Source: Ramazzottius varieornatus (taxonomy: Eukaryota; Animalia; Tardigrada). Taken from it: a stretch of 64,000 nt of DNA. The DNA is taken from assembly GCA_001949185.1 (NCBI GenBank), contig BDGG01000004.1, forward strand, positions 3,045,267 to 3,109,266. The letters are read 5' to 3'. The translations under genes were made by a program, and so were the position numbers. Positions within the stretch are counted from its first letter, which is position 1. Each line of letters opens with the position of its first letter. Shown here in pieces: positions 59,701-64,000 of this stretch. Below the pieces are notes generated by a model. The model saw only the letters and a program-made list of their open reading frames with translations. It was not told where the DNA came from and made no database searches.

Positions 59701-62700
59701 AAGAAGATCAATACGGAGGGCTCGATATGCTAATACATATCGGAGACTGAAAGCTTGCCTCTCGAGGATGATAAGGTTCTTGAGCTATATGATGGTTTTG
59801 TCCGCCGATCACTACGTTATTCATTTTCCAAATTTTTGTGAATACATGAGCTTAAAATAATTTTTGATTTGCTTGTGGAGTGAAGGCTTTCCGAAGCAAT
59901 CTGTCATCCAATCGATAATGATCGAACCATGTGCAGGACACCGAAGATTGATTGATGACAGTGACTTTCTACGCTCGGTTCGATCCGGGTACTGCCTTGT
60001 TTTCTTCCCACCAGTCAAATTACCCTGTCCATCATTCGATTGCAAACATAAGTTTATCCATGAAAAGTTCAGTTAACTTGATGTAGTAATCAGAACACTA
60101 GGCACTATGTTTTTCCATCCACAACGTACCATTAATATCAATAATAACCATGACGTCACTGCGAACATTTCACAATAGTTCGGTTCCATGTCTGGATAGC
60201 TAGAATTTCCGTTAATCCACGCAACGAGTAATAAACGGCAACGGACTCCAGTTTTTACCGCTGGTCAACTTTTGCCTCTTTTTTCAGTGTGTAATATGAC
60301 CATTGACGTTACGCAGCTCACGTCAAAGCACGGCGCCATCTATAGTCCGCCCACGTCAGGACCCATATTCTGCACGTACTATCTTGTCGCCAACCGAGAT
60401 ACTCGGATTAAGTTGAACCTGTACCGGTTGCAAGGCATCGGCGAATTCAATCACCGCTCAAAAAGGTGAAGAAAAACGAAAATCGCTCTGTTGCGTCGCG
60501 GTTTCAACTGAGTCTAGCGAGTGCGACATTCTTCCTTGTAGGTGCGTCGGTGGGTTTCTGCAAGTGATTGACGGTGTAAGGGCTCTTCGTGGCAATTCCT
60601 CAGCAGTTCACGTCTTCTGCGCGAACGATATCAGATTCGAGCATCCAGTGACTATTTTTAAAGATCGTAAGTGTCATCATTTGAATAGCTGTGTAGTGTA
60701 TATCAGGGAAACTGACAGATCTTAGTTGACCCACTTCGAGAGATGAGAGTCTTCGTAGATTCAAAGTGGTTTTCTGTCTTCCTGTCAGACATCATAATCT
60801 GTGGACACTAAATAGTACGTTATTCAATTATTTTTTCAGGAGCTGTTGCAGTCATCCAGTATTGGACAGAGTCATCTGTCAAATCGCGCTTCATGCTGGA
60901 ATTTGAATTCGAAGAAAGGATTGAAGGTACCACTCATTTTGCAGTCTCATCTGCGCATGGAAGTTCCACTGACCACGACCTTTTGACAGATACTCCTGTA
61001 CAACTTCTAGGCGATGCAGTGCCCAACTCAGGTGAATTCTGCGCTCTTTGAATGTTTTTTCGAACTTCCAAAATCAGGCTGCTATCTGGTGTATGCTCAT
61101 ACTTATTCCTTTTGCAGAATGCGATCGAATTTACCGGCAGCATAACTGGTAAGTGTGACGCATATTATTCTCACCTTACGACATCTCTGAAGTGCTTCTT
61201 TGTATTGACTCCATGCAAGTTAAGACATGAAACTTTCTTTAGCTCTAACTCGGACGAACCGTGTGAGTTTACGAGTCCTGGATATCCCGGACTATATCCT
61301 AACTTCCAGCATTGTCGATTCTTCTTCCGAAGTACCGACCCTGCAATGCAAATCAGGATTCAGTTTCGGGTCTTCCATTTTCCCGTCAAGTGGGTACACC
61401 TATATGTCAGTCTTCCTGCTGACCAAAACCTCAGCTGCCGTATCCTTCAGGTTAACCGCGAAAACAAACGGTTCTTTCTTCCCCAGTGACTGCGACACTC
61501 ACTATGTTAACATCTTTGACGGCCCGTACAGCGCCAGGACGGATCCGGCTCTTCAGACGCTGTGCGGACAGCCAAAGACCGACGAGCTGGTTTACTTCTC
61601 CACGGGCCCATCCATGGTACTAGAGTTCATCACTGGTTCGCTGACACCGCCCTACGATTACATAGGATTCCAGGGAACTGTTTTGTTTGGAAACCTGCCA
61701 CCAGGTTCGCCGCTCCATTTCTGGGTGTTACTCCTATTTGCTTGTCATAACCTTGTATGTCACATTGCAGATCGTAATACGATCGGCAGTAAGGTCGACA
61801 AGTCCTTCTGTGATTGGATCTTTTACAGCAATTCCACTCCGTCGGCGATTTTCGGTACCCCCATGGACTGGTATCCGAAAAACTTGCTATGCACTTACCG
61901 GTTCATACCGGCATCACATTTTGAGAGAGTCCTTATTACGCTAACAAGCTATTCTCTAGAGTAAGCGCTGCTTTGTACTAAACTGGAACGTAGTCTAAGA
62001 TGGTCATGATTTCAGGAGTGACCGCTGCAGTACATTTCTTGAGCTCCATGAGCTCGGAGAACTTGGAAAAGGTGGAAAGCTGATAAAAAAGATCTGCGGA
62101 CCGATCACCAAATACGTTTCATCAGGTACTGCAGTCCTGCTTGACTTTTGGTCCACCTGTTTGATACGAATGTAATGTTCTGTTTCTACGTAGATCCTAA
62201 GAGTTTGGAAGAGTACTCTTCCGCTCCGGGAAGAACGCTTCTGCTGACTTTCAATTCGAAGGAGGGAAATCAGATTTTGGGAAAGACCTCCGAGTGGATA
62301 AGTGGCCGTTTTCAGTTTCGGAACGGTAAGTGATCACCAAACGATTTCTTTGGTCACTATGCAAAACATTTTTGCTCTCGACAACGTTTTGTGTAATCTG
62401 TGGAGTTGTACACCTTTTAGATCGAATCATGGGAACAAAAGTGCTCAACACGGTCTGTGATGTATCCTACGAGGACGACGAGGGACTTGAACCACGAGCG
62501 GGAGCCCTTACCGTCCGTGCCGGTGATAACGACGGCGAACCGTTTTGGCATTCTTCTAGTGCCACGGTCGAATGCCTTTACAACTTTAGCTCCAGGAAGA
62601 ACCGTAGTATATCGGTGACCATAAACCACGGCATACTCGTCAAGTGAGTATGAAGCCCTTTGACAGGTTCGATTGCCTTATATTCCCAAATTTACACGCA

Positions 62701-63716
62701 AATCTATTTTAGGCCAGGCGAAGAGTCGAGATATTGGCAGTGCAAGACAGAATGTGACAAAAGTGGGTGCCGGTGTTTGCTCGGAACGAAGAAGAAACAA
62801 TTCGTCGCCCTCAACGAGATCTTCCACATATCCATCTTCAACCTGGCGGGTATAGAACTTTCCTGCCTGTGCGGAGACCTGACGGATCTCTTGCCTGTCA
62901 GCGTCTTGAGCTCTGGAGGAGTATTAGTGCGGTACAACAAACTGGGTCTTCCATCAGACGACTCCAACGTGCAAGGGTTCACCGCTTCCTACAAATTCCG
63001 AGATCGCTTCTACGGTAATGTAACACCAAATTTCGGAGAAACCCCTTGTCGAATGCTTTTTCGTATGTTGATAGACTGTGCGCAGACTACGCGAAGCCAA
63101 GCACAAGGTATACTCTATGTCGCGTTGAAGAGGAACCTCTCATCGTCAGAATACGTCCATGTCCAGTGCGACTGGACAATTGAAGTGTCGTCCGAAAAAT
63201 TCCTCTCGATTGATGTACGGCTGCTGGACGCTCTATCCAAGGTCGCTGCTAACAAATCCGCTTCCGGTGGGTGTTTCTTACCATCTCGACACGTTACCTC
63301 CAAATGTCAGGCCGCTGGTCAACGCATGATTTCTCCAGGTTCTTCGTGCTCGGCTAAAAATACGGTGAAACTCTTCACTTCCCCGTCACAGCGCGCTAAA
63401 GATAAAGGGATTGAAATGTGCCAAAGTAACATGGTGACGGTGAACACCCATAAGCTCTCCATCAGGCTGACCGCTACTGGGCGACAGCTGAAACATCGCA
63501 TATTGTGGCGGGAAACTGACCCCAAAGCATCTGTCACTTCGTTATGCAATACATTAGGTAATAAAATGCACTAAATTCTCAGCGGCTGGTTCAGGAATGT
63601 GAATTGTACTGTTAACCTGTGGGCTCTTTTTTCCAGGCTGCCGGCTGGACTGGCCAATGCTAGTGTGCATCGCTGTCCCGGTTCTCTGGAGCTCTTTACA
63701 TGGTTTCAACTATTGA
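56787..63716 (+). CDS. Multi-CUB-domain cell-surface/secreted protein
   Basis: Signal-peptide exon 56787-56928 spliced in phase 1 to VCNMTIDV (~60288). CUB motifs FTSPGYPGLYPNFQHCRFFF, CDTHYVNIFDG...LCG...STGPSMVLEF...GF, YPKNLLCTYRF and CDWTIEV. Hydrophobic terminus WPMLVCIAVPVLWSSLHGFNY*; AATAAA at ~63844. Confidence 0.85.
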
Positions 63717-64000
63717 GGTCACTCTTGTGCACTTCGGGAGACACCTCTGGACCAAATTCTATTGACCAAACGAAAAAGTTGTCAGTATTCTCAAATCTGT
63801 GATCTTGCTTTTGCGGCTTGCCTGACTGGGCGTCTTGTTGCTCAATAAATGATTTTTCGGTCCATCGTTGCTGTTGCTGTTCCTCCCCTTTCCGGTACAG
63901 TCTACGAACAAGGAAAGAAGAACTTACGATAAATTCAGTGTTCTGCCAAGGTTCACTGACTGAAGTGTGTGCTTTACGTTGAGTGCTTGCCGACCGGTAG

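Noticed and set aside
60703-60790. Imperfect hairpin in a CUB-gene intron (snoRNA or miRNA candidate)
   Set aside because: Short discontinuous stems and no convincing H/ACA or C/D boxes.

Overview
This is gene-dense animal genomic DNA with short (mostly 55-250 nt) GT-AG introns. The compact style suggests a small-genome ecdysozoan such as a tardigrade; this is an inference from style only. Thirteen protein genes were reconstructed by eye: a tetraspanin, U1-70K (SNRNP70), RPL38, GOT1/GOLT1, ORC4, a discoidin-domain receptor kinase (DDR), golgin-97, DENND1/connecdenn, DCAF4-like, STIL/Ana2/SAS-5-like, a Spindle-E/TDRD9-like helicase, an intronless LRR membrane protein and URB2-like; a multi-CUB surface protein makes fourteen. 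Non-coding highlights: (i) a cluster of consensus 5' splice sites behind stop-containing cryptic acceptors in the one long U1-70K intron, resembling the vertebrate U1-70K poison-exon feedback switch; (ii) a densely base-paired ~310-nt segment upstream of U1-70K that I cannot assign to a known RNA family; (iii) nine copies of a ~124-bp foldback element, eight intronic and four of them inside the piRNA-type helicase gene; (iv) two TA-flanked MITEs; (v) a ~33-bp-period palindrome array upstream of DCAF4. The Spindle-E-like protein appears to lack its Tudor domain and needs a GC-AG intron. CDS coordinates are start-to-stop spans including introns. Exon boundaries were inferred manually and are not transcript-verified.
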